64,000 nt of DNA, taken from Paraspadella gotoi. Its lineage: Eukaryota > Animalia > Chaetognatha. The notes under the pieces were generated by a model. That model saw nothing but the letters and a program-made list of their open reading frames with translations. It did no database searches and was not told the DNA's origin. The position numbers and the translations under genes were made by a program. The stretch covers positions 19,005,439-19,069,438 of the forward strand of contig CM119267.1 in assembly GCA_051294375.1 (NCBI GenBank), written 5' to 3'. Positions 26,538 to 41,157 of this stretch are shown piece after piece (position 1 is the first letter of the stretch; each line of letters begins with the position of its first letter).

Positions 26538-27616
26538 GTTCGGAACTCCTGGCCTTTTCTCCCTCCTCGGCGCCGCAACACGGACCCGGGACCATCGTCG
26601 CCCCGGTCCCGCAGATGCCCCAAATCCAGCACCCCATCCCCATCAATCCGCTGACGAACTCCATCAATCTTTCCTTAGCCAACAACCCCATATCCATCAA
26701 TCCTCCTCTCGCCATCCCCAGCTCCATCAACATCTCTCTCCCCAACAACCCCATCTCCATAAATCCATCCCTAGTTGGGAACCCCGTCAACTCTCCTTCC
26801 ATCTCCAACCCGCTGGGGAACCCGCTCGCCCTGGGTCACTCCATCGTCAACTCCATGGGTCACTCCATCAAAAATCCCATCGTAAACCCGATGCAGATGT
26901 CGGAGGCGGGTCTGTCGACGCCGCTTTCCCGCGGCGTCCTCAGTCATCCTCACCACTCTTCCTTGACGAGCCCGATCAATCACCCCGTCAACGCCAACAA
27001 CCCCGTCCTCCACCACAACCCCGGAGTCCAACTCCCCGGCCACAATCCCCTCGGCCACAATCCCACCCTCCATTGCCCCATCCCCATCAACCCCAGCCTC
27101 CACGGGGCGGCGCCGCCTTCCGTCCACGGTCCATCGCCGTGGCATTCGACGCAGCCGACGACGCTGGATCAAATGGGTTGTCAGCCGCCGCCGCCTCCGC
27201 AGCAACAACAGCCGTTGTCACAGCACCAACAGCAGCTTTCGCAGCAACATCTTCCGCCGCTTCAACCGCAACATCAACATCATCATCCGTCGCTACAGCC
27301 GCTACATCAGCAGCATCAACCGCAACAACAACCTCCTCCGCCTCAGGAAGGCGCGGCGTCGACGTCGGCGGCGACGGCGGCGTCAGCAGCGGCGGCGGGG
27401 TCGCCGGATCAGAAACTGGTGGTGCCGCCGGAACTCCGCGAGTTGACGAACCACTTGGCGTCGACGATGACGGTGGATCTCCTGGCGGCCGACGCGTGGA
27501 AGCATCTCTTCGACGAGTACGACCCCGACGGATTCGGGGAAATCTCCGCGGAGAACTTTGCTCTCATCTTGAGGGATCCCAAGTTCCGGGAGGAAGTGGA
27601 TCCGCACAAGTTGGAG
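26538..27616 (+). CDS. RHBDL3: Rhomboid protease exon: low-complexity N-terminus plus first EF-hand-like motif
   Basis: Acceptor ctttcag|, 1079-nt open frame ending WKHLFDEYDPDGFGEISAENF...DPHKLE, donor GAG|GTGGGT (phase 0). The symbol is the best recalled match; RHBDL1 versus RHBDL3 orthology cannot be resolved here. Confidence 0.88.
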
Positions 27617-28184
27617 GTGGGTCAGGGGGCAATGGGGGCAATGTGGTCGGGTGGAGCAGGAGGGGACAATGGGGGCAATGGGGTCGGGTGGATCAGGAGG
27701 AAAAAGGGTTGATGGGTTGAATGAACGAATTGAACATTTGGGAACCCAAATTTCGATTTAACTTTAGATCTCAGATCGTTAAAAAATTTTGTCAGTAAAT
27801 TAAAGTAAATTTATTCCAAAACTTATTCCAATACTTATTTTGATTTTTTTTAGATTCGTTGCGTTGAAAAAATACGAAAACGAAAATGACATAAAATAAA
27901 CTAAAACTAAAACAACATTGCCGCTATTGTCAAGTAAAAACTGCATTTTCGTTTTTTCGACTCCATAAACTTTCTTTCACTCAATTTTTTTTCTTTTCAC
28001 AATTAATTGATATAAACCTTGTCATGTCTCGTAATACATTTCACCCCAATTACTTCCCCGCCTCAATTTTAATCTCCATCTCATTCAACTTACCCTTTTA
28101 TCTCACCATCATTCATTGTTTATTTTTGTTTTTCTCTTTCCTTCATCGTTTCCTTACCTCCTTCGTCCCCCACCTTCTCACCAG

Positions 28185-29129
28185 GTGCTGGAGGCCCGAG
28201 CGACGGACGGCTCCCCGACGATCACCTACCAAGAGTTCGTCAACATCATGTCCAACAAACGCTCGCACTCCTTCAAGATCGCCGTCCAGAACCGCGACCA
28301 GAAACTGTGGAGTGAGCACGAGTTTCGCATCCGACGGAAGCCGTCGTCGTGCCTCCACGCCGTCGCCAAGCGGATCGCCAAGGAGTACCTCACCGACGAG
28401 CACGATCGAAAGTATTACGCGGACAAATACACTTGCGTTCCGCCGCCCGTCTTCATGTTGGTCGTGGCATGCCTGGAGATCGGCTTCTTCGCCTATCACG
28501 CAGCGCAGGCTCGTGGGGTCACGCCCACCGGCCCGTTGCCCAAAGACTCTCTCTTCGTCTACGATCCTCGAAAGCGGCTGCAGATCTGGCGCTTCGTCTT
28601 CTACACCCTCGTCCACGGCGGATGGGTCCACATGGTCTTCAACGTGGGCGTCCAGCTTCTCGTCGGCGTCCCGCTGGAGATGGTGCACGGGTCTTTGCGC
28701 ATTGGGGCCGTCTTCCTGGCCGGAGTGTTGGCCGGCTCGCTCGGGACTTCCTGCTTCGATCCGGGGGCTTACCTCGTCGGAGCCTCGGGCGGAGTCTACG
28801 CTTTGCTAGCGGCGCACCTCGCCAACGTCCTCCTCAACTTTTCCGAGCAGCAGTTGTCGGTGGCGCGGTTGGCGTTCGTCTTCGTCCTCGCGTCGGCCGA
28901 CGTCGGCTTCGCCATTTGGGATCGATACTCGGAGGAGGACGGACTTCCGCCCGTGGCCTACGTCGGGCATTTGACGGGCGCCGTGGCCGGACTAACCATC
29001 GGACTCGTCGTCCTTAAGAACTTCGAGCAGCGCCTGCACAAGCAGCCCGTCTGGTGGGTGGCGCTGGCGGTCTACTTGGCGTTAGTCGTCGCCGCCGTCT
29101 GTTGGAACGTCTTCTACGTCAAGATTTGA
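28185..29129 (+). CDS. RHBDL3: Rhomboid protease terminal exon: second EF-hand-like motif and the complete multi-pass rhomboid (peptidase S54) domain
   Basis: Acceptor ctcaccag|GTG (phase 0). Motifs YQEFVNIMSNKRS, DRKYYADKYTCVPPP, WRF, HxxxxHxxFN, GVPLEMVHG, catalytic GASGG, catalytic His in VGHLTG, and LKNFEQRL. TGA at 29127-29129. Confidence 0.96.
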   Translation: MLEARATDGSPTITYQEFVNIMSNKRSHSFKIAVQNRDQKLWSEHEFRIRRKPSSCLHAVAKRIAKEYLTDEHDRKYYADKYTCVPPPVFMLVVACLEIGFFAYHAAQARGVTPTGPLPKDSLFVYDPRKRLQIWRFVFYTLVHGGWVHMVFNVGVQLLVGVPLEMVHGSLRIGAVFLAGVLAGSLGTSCFDPGAYLVGASGGVYALLAAHLANVLLNFSEQQLSVARLAFVFVLASADVGFAIWDRYSEEDGLPPVAYVGHLTGAVAGLTIGLVVLKNFEQRLHKQPVWWVALAVYLALVVAAVCWNVFYVKI

Positions 29130-29877
29130 TACGCGGCGCGAAGGGGGGGTGGGTGGGTGGGAGGGTTCGGGGTGATAGTGGGGATTTGGATTGATTGCAT
29201 TAGAGGTCTCTAGTGATTTGTTGTTTTTTTTTGTTTTTTTGTTTGTTTTTTTAATTTTTTTTCACGAGTTCTGAAGCGCGGGAAATCGTTAGTTTATTTA
29301 TTCGACATGCATTTTTGGACATAGGCTTTATGATTATCAATTTTTCTAATTTTTCTAGTAAGACAACGATTTTTTATTTAATTTTTAGAAATCTATATAA
29401 CATCTTGTTTTTAACGTCTTAATTTCCATTTTTTTCCTCCGGTTTCCATCATTAACGCCATCTTTGGTTCGATGGGAAAATTAAAAGGAAACATGGAGTA
29501 AATTAAAGTTTTTTTCTAACATTTTTTACACTAAAAAAAACCAAAAAATTGATGGAAAAGTGATGTAAAAAATTCTCAACTATCTTTCGTTCGAAGATAT
29601 TTTTGTTTTTATGAAAGATTTGGTTTTAAAAGAATTCCTTCCGCGTTTTCTTAACATCATTTTATTTTTCACCTGCGGTTTTCTTTATCTCCCTCGCCGA
29701 AATCCCAAAACGCTTTCAGAATCCGTTTCCATTCGCCAAATCTTTTGTTTGTCTTTGAAGAAGAAAAAAAATAGTTCCTCGCGGATTACTTTTTTTAAAC
29801 GCTCGTACAAATCGTTCGCGCGCGTAAAATTAGAAAGAAAAAAAAACCTCGCTAGTCATCGTCGTTGTTCGAAGTCG

Positions 29878-29917
<40 letters not shown>

Positions 29918-30266
29918 TCGTTGTCGTCGTCGTCGACGTCGACTCATTTTTATCGCTCCGTGACTTTTGTAAATTAGGAAGTGAAAATACGAGTGTTTTT
30001 TTCTTTAAGGAGAGTGGAGACGGCCTAGAAAAGCTAGTTTACAGTTTTAGTTTTTTAACATTTTGGAAAAAAAAACATTTAAAACTCGCGTCGCCGAGGG
30101 TGCGACGGCGCGCCGAAATTCGACGCCGCTTTTGGAGAGGCGCCCCGGCGCGGTTTCTCTGTTTTTCTTCGCCAGGGAATAGATAGGAAGGAAAGAGAAG
30201 GGAAAAAAAGGGGAGAAAAAACTGTTCAAAATTCATGGAACAGGGACGAGAGAGAGAGGAGAGAGA

Positions 30267-30298
<32 letters not shown>

Positions 30299-30359
30299 GA
30301 GAGAGAGAGAGAGTGAGAGAGAGAGAGAGAGAGGAGAGAGAAGAGAGAGAGGGAGAGAG

Positions 30360-30400
<41 letters not shown>

Positions 30401-30685
30401 CAGAGAAGACAGCGGGTCGGGCAAATAGAATTAAGAGAATGAGAAAGGGAAAAAAAAAAAAAGAAAAGAGAGAAAAAAAGAAATCCTTCATTCTTTTTCC
30501 CGGAGGAAAGTTTTCTCTTTCTTTTTTGAGGCAAGAGAGATTATTTTCTCTTTTCATTTTCTTTTTTTTTCTATTTCCTTTTTTTTTCGCTTTTTTTACT
30601 TTCACTTTACTTATCTTCCATCTTCCGCATTTTCTTTCTTTTTTTCCTGCTCCTTCGTCCATTTTCATAAAATTCAATTACTGTT

Positions 30686-30719
<34 letters not shown>

Positions 30720-32565
30720 NNNNNNNNNNNNNNNNNNNNNNNNNNNNNNNNNNNNNNNNNNNNNNNNNNNNNNNNNNNNNNNNNNNNNNNNNNNNNNNNN
30801 NNNNNNNNNNNNNNNNNNNNNNNNNNNNNNNNNNNNNNNNNNNNNNNNNNNNNNNNNNNNNNNNNNNNNNNNNNNNNNNNNNNNNNNNNNNNNNNNNNNN
30901 NNNNNNNNNNNNNNNNNNNNNNNNNNNNNNNNNNNNNNNNNNNNNNNNNNNNNNNNNNNNNNNNNNTCTCGTTCTCTCATGCATTTATGCCTCCTCGAAT
31001 GGGAGAAGGAGAAAGATTTATCCTGCAGCAAATTTCGTTCCACAAATTGCTTTTCCAGTTTTAGATTTCAGAGTCAAGGGCGGGAAGAAAGGCCGTTGTC
31101 TCTCGACCCACTCATTACTTATGGGCGTTTAATATTTGTTGAACAAATTTTTAGTATCATTGTTCTTTTTTTTTGACTAATTTCTTTCAATATTCCTTTT
31201 TATTCAATAGCGACGAAAACCTAATAAAATATTTTCTGTTTTTTTTTGTTTTTTTTTTTTTGTGAAAAAAACTAGAGACTTTTTATTTGTTGATCGATCG
31301 GGGAATTATTTATATTTTGATTGTGTGTTGCTCTTTTACTTATTAATGTTTATCTCTGTGTGTTTTTTTTATTTTGAAAAAAAAAGAAAACGAATACAAA
31401 ATACTAGAAATGTTTTTTTGTGTTAGATTCGAGACAAAAAAGTGTTCCTTTTTTTTTAAAATGCGAAAGTAAGAATTATTTTCCAATTTGCGCAGAAATG
31501 TATCGATTATTTCAAAACATAGAAAAGCTCCTGTGCCGTTGACTGTTCCATTCTATCGCTATAAACACAAAACAAAACACCATCTACTGTTTAAATTTTT
31601 AGTTCCTTAGATACAAACAAAAAAACCAAACAAAAAATTATAAAACATTCCAACCGAAACAACGACGACAACAACAAACAAGACGAATACAAAAACGAAA
31701 AAAACAAACAAACAGAATTCATTGAAAGAGAAAGAAATTGCGATTGAAAGTCGCCCGTCCCGCGTTTTTCCTCACCCTCTTCCCAGTACTTACCCGCTAC
31801 CCCTTTTCTTAGCTTCTCCACTCTCTTCCCCCCACCTCGCCACCCAATTCTTTATGCNNNNNNNNNNNNNNNNNNNNNNNNNNNNNNNNNNNNNNNNNNN
31901 NNNNNNNNNNNNNNNNNNNNNNNNNNNNNNNNNNNNNNNNNNNNNNNNNNNNNNNNNNNNNNNNNNNNNNNNNNNNNNNNNNNNNNNNNNNNNNNNNNNN
32001 NNNNNNNNNNNNNNNNNNNNNNNNNNNNNNNNNNNNNNNNNNNGACATTTTTTTTGTTCGAAGGCATTCAAATGCGCGGGAATTCGTTGGACGGGCGGCT
32101 TTTAATCTTTCGCGTTTTACGTGCTGTGTTTTTAGAATGACTTTACGGAGAAAGTTGTCCATCCTTAATGTTTGTTGCTCTTCGCAATAAATGAAATTTG
32201 TTATCACTTTTGGCGCCAAGAATTATCTTCATTTTTTTTTTAGCGAAAGCGAAAGAAGGGAAGTTTTGATAACAGTTTTTGAGGTAGATAGTCTGTGTCG
32301 TTGATAGCAACGTTATAACAAAATTAGTAATATAGATGAAAGTTAAAAAAACATTTGTACTTGGTAATTAGAATTACTTACGTTTAGAAGTTATAATTAG
32401 AATTGGAATTAGAATTAGAATTAAAAAATAAAATTAAAAATGAATTTAATTAAATGGTAAACTGTAAATACTAAATAGGATGTAAAATAACTCGATCTAG
32501 GTAGTAGGTACATCTATTTTTCTTTCATTCTGTCTTTCTTTATTTTTCTTTATTGGATGTTGTTT

Positions 32566-32633
<68 letters not shown>

Positions 32634-32789
32634 TTTTTCTATCTTTTTTTCTTTTGTTTTCCCCTTTGTTTTTTTCCTTTTTTCTAGATTGACTCTTCTG
32701 GTCAGTCGTCGATTTGTTACTGATATCCACCCCTCATTCGTATGTTCGTCTTCAAAGAGAACCGCGTGTACTCGGCATTTCCTTACGAG

Positions 32790-34351
32790 AGTTCGTGCAA
32801 AGAAATGTTTCAAATCGTCAAAGACGTGAAGAGGTCTTTTTCAAAGAGACATTTGGACTTTTCGACGCGAGACTCGCGAGCAACTCTCTAAGTCACTTTT
32901 CGTCGGCTATCATTCTCCGTTGGTCGACTCGTTCGATTGATATGTCTGTCTGTGGTGTCCACTACGTTTAAAATGCATAATTGCCTTAGTTTGGTTGCTC
33001 TTTGTACAAGAAAAAAAAGTCAATCTAAGGATGCAAGCGCCGCCTTCGGAAATCCTAAAACTAAAAAGAAATAAATAATGGAATTTTGATGCAGTGCCCC
33101 CATAAAGTTATGGGATAAGGAAAGTTATTTAGTAATATAGTCATGTTATGTTACGTTATGTCATGCCATGTCATGTCATGTAATGAGAAATATACGATAA
33201 GTAGACATGAGTGAAGTTACATCTGAAATTATAAAGTAATCCAATTCAGAAAACATAACAATGAACATTAATTTTAAAAAATAATTTAGTGTTCTTTCAA
33301 ATTTTTGCAGTAGCCTATATTTTATAAAGTATTTCTTATAAAATCGAAAAATTTCAAAATAGGCTTTTCTAATTTTAAATTGCAGATTTAATTTTTCGTC
33401 AAAAAGTTGATAAAAGAAAATAGAAATCATTTTTAAAAATTCTCTCATTAATTGGGTTAAAAATTTTTAAAAAACTATATTTAATATATAAATTTTAAAT
33501 TTTAGCTTAAAATATAGATTTTTTTATATTTGATAAACAAATGAAAGAATTTGTAAAAAAGTTTATTTTTTTATAACTTTTCATGACGAACAAAATCTGC
33601 AAAAAAACTTACAAAAAACTATTGAATTTTTAACATTTATTGGAATTAGGTAGTTAGTATAAATATGGTCTACTGCGTAAAATTGTAAATTGATTTTTAC
33701 AATTTTTTTTAAACAAATGGCTCCATTAAAAAAAGAACAATGTTTGTTCGTTTCCTCACTTTTAGAGTTCAATTAAAGTTAATTCTAAAAGTTTTTAATA
33801 CGCTTTAGTATAAAGGCATCACTGCGGCGCAACACATTGGATTAACCGTTCTTTTTTTTCACAAAGATTCGTTGTGACGATGTCGGAGTAACGTAACAAC
33901 TTGTGACGACCGGAAAAAGGGGGGGCGTGTTTAACAAAGGCGAACGACGATGAATGTCGGTTGTAGTGGCAACAGAGAGACGCTTCGCTGTGGCGCTTTA
34001 GTGAAAGTCAGTGACAAGTTACTTTACAATCGAGGTAATACAACAATTACTCGGAGCAGCGGATGACGAAAACGATTTGATGAATAAAAATCGTTACACC
34101 TTCTCGCGTAAGGAAGAGGGTAAGGATATTATGTTACGAATATAGCCAAAGTACCTATGCAATATCATATTGTAAAGCAAAAAATTGTGCCAGAAAAAAG
34201 TACATCCACAATATTGGGGAGGATATTAAAAGGTCAGACGACAATTGCATTTGAGGCAACAAAGTCGAAGGACAAGGACGGACGACGATGACGACGACGC
34301 TTTCAAGACGTCAATTAACCCCGACAACGACGGACAAAAACACGGAAAGCG

Positions 34352-34448
<97 letters not shown>

Positions 34449-35045
34449 GCCGAACAAAATCACCCGCAATCTCCTTTTTTTTTCTCCATCGGATTTTTTT
34501 TCTTACAGAGAATATTTGACGGAAGGGAAGGGAAAGGAGAGAGAAAAGAAAGGGGAGACGGATTGGTGATCCGGAAAAGAATGGAAGAATGATGGGTTAT
34601 GAAAAAAAAAAGGTGGGTAAAAGGACCAAAGAATTAAAATCATGGTCGCTGAAGGATCACCTGTCAATATGGGAATCTTTAGTTCAAATTAATCAAATTT
34701 TCAATGATGTACTGTGAAACAGTTCACAGACCAGTCACAGGGACTGTTCTTTGACTTTGTTCCTAGATAATTTACAATAACAGACACTACACGTATACAA
34801 CTCACAACCCAAACACATAAAAAAAAACCCATTAGTTTCTATTCGCATGTGCAGACTTCAACGATTTTCGGTTTTTCTTCCTTTTTTCCTTTTTCTTTCC
34901 TTTTTTTTCCCTTGTTTCTTATTTTCTTTCCTCCAAATTCACGCCGAATCATAAACTATTCACCCGCGGTGGAGGCAAAGTAACCGACGAGCTTTTCCCT
35001 CTCTCCTTCTCTCTCCTCTCTCTACTCCTCATCTCTACTCCTCTC

Positions 35046-35085
<40 letters not shown>

Positions 35086-35429
35086 TCTCTCTCTCTTCTC
35101 TCTCAAAATAACGCAGAATTTGTCGTCCCTCTTCACTTTCTTCCGGTCGACTTGCCGCGGCCGTCGTCATCGACATCGTCGTCGTCGTCATCGTCATCAT
35201 TGACGCGTCTTCCGGTCGTTGACTTTATCACAGACGGCGATGTCATCGCTTCCCTTTTTTTGACGTCGTCTCCACTTCTTTCCTGTCACCGGCTGGTCGC
35301 TGTTGTAGTGTTGTTGTTTCCTTTATAGTGCTGTCGTTATTTTCTCGTCGCTCACGCGTATTGTTTATTCTCAAGTCTTCTTCATCTTCTCACCTAAATT
35401 CGTCTTTGTTGTCATTGTTGTCATCATCG

Positions 35430-35511
<82 letters not shown>

Positions 35512-36819
35512 AATCCCAAAACGATTATTTCCAAGGTCATTTTTTAACTCCATTCCTCAAGAATTAATTCAACCATCAACTTAGTCTTCCCAATTTTCTC
35601 TTACTTTCCTACCTCGATCTTTCAGTTTCGTCTTCTTTATTCTCTCTCATTCGTTGTTGTCGGTTGTCGTCGTCATCCTCGCGTCTTCGTCATCAACCTC
35701 CCTCAACCCCGCGTCTTTTCCAGCGGCGGCGGCGGGAGGGCGACTGCGGCAACTGCGGCGGTGACTGCGGCGACTTGACGTCCCGCGCCGAGAAACGGTC
35801 GCGCGCGTCGGGTCGACTAATCCGCGTCGGAGAGCGAAACCCATCCAGACGCACGGATTCCGGGGCGACGGTATGACGACGACGACACGACGACGCGAGA
35901 ACGCGGCAGAAAACAAAGAAGAGACGATGAAATTTTAAAAACCGATGACGCGACGAAGATGACTCTAAAAACATTCAAATGCATACAAATGTTTTACCCT
36001 CGATGCTGGATAAAAAAGTGACATGGACGATCAAGACGGCGAAAAGACGTCATTAATATACAGCGACAAGGACAACGTCGACGAAACGACAAAGATAACC
36101 ACGACACAAATAAATAATGACATGCGATGACGACCGCGAGACGACGCCGAACCACAGTATTGACAGCAAGATAGGACGACGACGACGACGCTTAGAGTCG
36201 GTCTCAATGCGCGTCAAGTGTGGGGAGGAAGTAGAGAGTGATCACAGTCGAGTGAGTCACAGTAGATTTGATCACAGTAGAGGTGAACACAGTAGAGGTT
36301 GATCACGTAGCTCTCGTTGTGAAGGTTCACCGACAGGTTGAGAAAATGATGGACTGAAGAGAAAGGACTTGAGAGAATGAGAAAAGTGAGATAATCTGTG
36401 TGAAATTTGGGAAAACAACAAAATTTTATGAGAAAATTTTTTTTTATCAGAGAATGGGAAAAAATGTTCAATAACCCTTAAAAAACAAGTTGAAACAAAA
36501 TTGAAAAAAAAAGGATCAGAAAAAACATTTTTTAATAGAAAAACCCAAAATATTATAAATATGAAGCGGAATAATGATAGGAAAAATAGGACTGTGACTG
36601 AGTAAAGTGAATGTGACACTAGATGATAAAGATGATTACGAATATGATAAGGACTGTCATAGTGATGATGATGATGACAATACCGATAAAGAGATGGCGC
36701 CACCCCTGGAATAAAAAAAGAGACACGACGACGACGACGACGACGACAACGGAAGGACGAGACGAAAACAACGTGATCGTTTTGTAACCTTGGACCCGAC
36801 AGACAAAGATGTCCGCCAA

Positions 36820-36858
<39 letters not shown>

Positions 36859-39800
36859 AGGAGAGAGAGAGAGAGAGAGGAGAAGAAGAGAGAGAAGAGA
36901 GGAACGAGAGAGAGAGTAGAGAAGAGAAAATGAGGAAAAAAGACTACCCCACCACACCACTCCAGCAACAACAGAACCCAACCATCTACACAAAACCGGA
37001 GAGAAATTAGAGAGAAAAGAAGAACGATCGTCAACAAAACCCTTTTTAGTTTGTCGCCGCTCGAGTACTGCGCATCAATTTTATCACTTTTGGTCGGTCT
37101 GTCGAATCGATCCGTCGTCGGTCGGTATGTCTGTCCATCGTTCTGTCCCACTTACGATTAAAAATGACCTATAATTAAGTATGCGTTGCACGATTGCTCA
37201 CTGTGACGTCAGTAATGTTAGCGTCAGGTCTGTAAATGTCCATGTCACGTCCATGAGAAACTACTCGTGATAGACAGTCACTGGCGCGCGCAACACAATT
37301 GAAACTTTACCGTTCGTTTTTTTTTTCTTTTTTTTCTTTTCTCTTCATTTTCGTTTACCTCATTCTCCTTTCGAGGTTCCGGAACTCCTGGCCCTTTTCT
37401 CCCTCTCGCGGCGCCCACAGGACCCGGACCATCGCGCCCCGGTCCCGCGATGGCCCCAAATCCAGCACCCCATCCCCATCAACCGCTGACGAACTCTCCA
37501 TCAATCTTTCCTCTTAGCCACAACAACCCATATCCATCAAATCCTCCTCCCTCGCCATCCCCTCAGCTCCTCACATTTTCTCCCTACTCATACCACATCT
37601 GGCAACCCCTCACTCTCTTCATAACTCCATACCCACTGGGACCGCCGGTCACCCCTTGGCTCACTCCAGCTGGGCAACCTCATGGGCCTCCACGTACCTG
37701 TACTCCAAAATCCCATCGTAACCCGATGCAGAATTTGTCGGAGGCGGTCTGTCGACGCCGCTTCTCGCCGGCGTCCTCAGTCATCCTCACCACTCCTTCC
37801 TTGACGAACCCCGATCAATCACCCCTCAACGCCAACAACCCCGTTCCTCCACCACAACCCGGAGCTCCAACTCACCGGCCACAATCCCCTCGGCCACAAT
37901 CCACCCCTCCATTTGCCCCATCCCCATCAAACCCCAGCCTCCACGGGCGGCGCCGCCTTCGTCCACGGTCCATCGCCCGTGGCATTCGACGCAGCCGACG
38001 ATCGTGGAATCAAATGGGTTGTCAGCCGCGCCGCTCCCGCAACAACAGCCGTTGTCCAGCACCAACAGGCAGCTTTCGCAGCAACATTCTTCCGCCGCTT
38101 CAACCGGCAAACATCAACATCATCATCCGTCGCTTACGCCGCTACATCAGCAGCATCAACCGAACAACAACCTCCTCCGCCTCAGGAAGGCCGCGCGTCG
38201 ACTCGAGCGGCGACGGGGGCGTCAGCAGCGGCGGCGGGGTTGCCACCGGATCAGAAACTGGTGGTGCCGCCGGAACTCCGCGAGTTGACGAACCATTGGC
38301 GTCGACGATGACGCGTGGATCTCCTGGCGGCCGACGCGTGAAGCATCTCTTCGACGAGTACGACCCGACGGATTCGGGAAATCTCCGCGCGAGAACTTTG
38401 CTCTCATTCTTGAGGGAATCCAAGTTCCGGGAGGAAGTGGATCCGCACAAGTTGTGAGGTGGTCAGGGGGCAATGGGGGCAATGTGTCGGGTGAGCAGGA
38501 GGGGCAATGGGTGGCAATGGGTCGGTGGATCAGGAGAAAAAGGGTTGATGGGTTGAATGAACGAATGAACATTTGGGAACCCAAATTATTCCAAAACTTG
38601 TTTCCACAACTTTTTGATTTTTTTTAGATTCGTTGCGTTTAAAATACAAAACGAAAATGACATAAAAATAAAAGAAACTAAAACAAAATTGCGCTATTGT
38701 CAAGTAAAACTGCATTTTCGTTTTTCGACTCCATAACTTTCTGAAAAGATCCTGGGGGTTTCTCATTTCAATGAGAACATTGTTTGAGCAGTGCTTAATC
38801 TCGACTTAATATTATTATTTTACTCAATTTTTTTTTCATTTCACAATTCATGATATAAACCTTGTCATGTCTAGTAATACATTTCACCCCAATACTTTCC
38901 GCCTCAATTTTAATCTCCATCTCATTCAACTTACCCTTTACTCTACCATCATCATTGTTATATTTTTGTTTTCTCTTTCCTTCATCGTTTCCTTACCTCT
39001 TCGTCCCCCCACCTTCTCACCAGGTGCTGGAGGCCCGAGCGACGGACGGCTCCCGACGATCACCTACCAAGAGTTCGTCAACATCACTGTCCAACAAACG
39101 TCGCACTCCTTCAAGATCGCCGTCCAGAACCGCGAACCAGAAAACTGTGGAGTGAGCACGAGTTTCGCCTCCGACGGAGCCGTCGTCGTGCCTCCACGCC
39201 GTCGCCTAAGCGGATCGCCAAGGATACCTCACCGACGAGCACGATCGAAAGATTACGCGGACAATACACTTGCGTTCCGCCGCCCGTCTTCATGTTGGTC
39301 CGTGGCATGCCTGGAATCGGCTTCTTCGCCTATCACGCAGCGCAGGCTCGTGGGTCACGCCCACCGCCCGTTGCCCAAAGACTCTCTCTTTCGTCTACGA
39401 TCCTCGAAAGCGCTGCAGATCTGCGCTTCGTCTTTACCACCCTCGTCCACGGCGGACTGGGTCCACATGGTCTTCAACTGGGCGTCCAGCTTCTCGTCGC
39501 GTCCCGCTGGAGATGGTGCACGGGTCTTTGCGCGCTTGGGCCCGTCTTCCTGGCCGGAGTGTTGGCCGGCTCGCTCAGGACTTCCTGCTTCGATCCGGGG
39601 GCTTACCTCGTCGGAGCCTCGGGCGGAGTCTACGCTGCTTAGCGGCGCACCTCGCCAACGTCTCCTCAACTTTGCCGAGCAGCAGTTTGTCGGTGGCGCG
39701 GTTGGCGTTCGTCTTCGTCCTCGCGTCGGCCGACGTCGGCTTCGCCATTTGGATCGGATACTCGGAGAGACGGACTTCCGCCCGTGGCCTTCGTCGGGCA

Positions 39801-41095
39801 TTGACGGCGCACGTGGCCGGACTACCATCGGACTCGTCGTCCTTAAGAACTTCGAGCAGCGCTGACAAGCAGCCCGTCTGGTGGGTGGCGCTGGCGTCTA
39901 CTTGGCGTTAGTCGTCGCCGCGTCTGTTGGAAGTCTTCTACGTCAAGATTGATAGCCGGGCCGAAGGGGGGTGGGTGGTGGAGGGTCGGGGTGTATTGGA
40001 TTTGGATTATTGGCATTTAGAGTCTCTAGTGATTTGTTGTGTTTGTTGTTTTTTTGTTTGTTTTTTTTTTTTTAATTTTTTCACGAGTTCTGAAGCGCGG
40101 GAAATCGTTAGTTATTTTATTTATTCGACATGTCATTTTGGACATAGGCTTTATGATTATCAATTTTTTCTAATTTTCTAGTATAAACAACGATTTTTTT
40201 TATTTTTAGAATCTATTAAATCTTGTTTTTAACGTCTTAATTCCCATTCTTTCCTCCGGTTCCACTCATTAACGCCATCTTTGGTTTCGATGGGAAAATT
40301 AAAAGGAAAATGGAGTAAATTAAAGTTTTTTTTCTAACATTTTTTACAGCTAAAAAAACCAAAATTTGATGGAAAAGAGATGTAAAAAATTCTCAACTAT
40401 CTTCGTTCGAAGATATTTTTGTTTTTATGAAAGATTTGGTTTTAAAAGGATTCCTTCCCGTTTTCTTAACATCATTTTTTTTTCACCTGCGTTTCTTTAG
40501 TCTCCCTCGCCGAAATCCCAAAACGCTTTCAGAATCCGTTTTCCATTCGCCAAATCTTTTTTTGTCTTGGAAGAGAAAAAAAAATAGTTCCTCGCGGATT
40601 ACTTTTTTTTAAACGCTCGTACAAATCCGTTCGCGCGCGTAAAATTAGAAAGAAAAAAAAACCTCGCTAGTCATCGTCGTTGTTCGAAGGCGTCGCGCGT
40701 CGTCGTCGTCGTCGTCTCCGTCGTCGTCGTTCGTTGTCGTCGTCGTCGACGTCGACTCTTTTTATCGCCCGTGACTTTTTAAATTAGAAGAATGAAAACA
40801 AGTGTTTTTTTCTTAGGGAGAGTGGAGAACGGCCTAGAAAGCTAGTTTACAGTTTTTAGTTTTTTAACATTTTGGAAAAAAAAACATTTAAAACTCGCGT
40901 CGCCGAGGGTGCGACGGCGCGCCGAAATTCGACGCCTGCTTCTTTGGAGAGGCGCCCCGGCGGCGGTTTTTTCCTGTTTTTTACTTCCGCCAGGGAATAG
41001 TTAGGAAGGAAAGAGAAGGGAAAAAAGGGGAGAAAAAAACTGTTCAAAATTCATGGACAAGGGACGGAAGAGGAGGAGAGAGAGTAGAGACGAGA

Positions 41096-41157
<62 letters not shown>

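Noticed and set aside
26434-27720. 428-aa overlapping ORF in an alternative frame and antisense ORFs over the rhomboid exons
   Set aside because: Shadow frames of GC-rich, repetitive coding DNA; only the 26465 frame leads into the EF-hand and splices to the rhomboid domain.
37376-39952. Second functional rhomboid paralogue or programmed frameshifting
   Set aside because: Many random indels also affect introns and flanks, which fits uncorrected read error.
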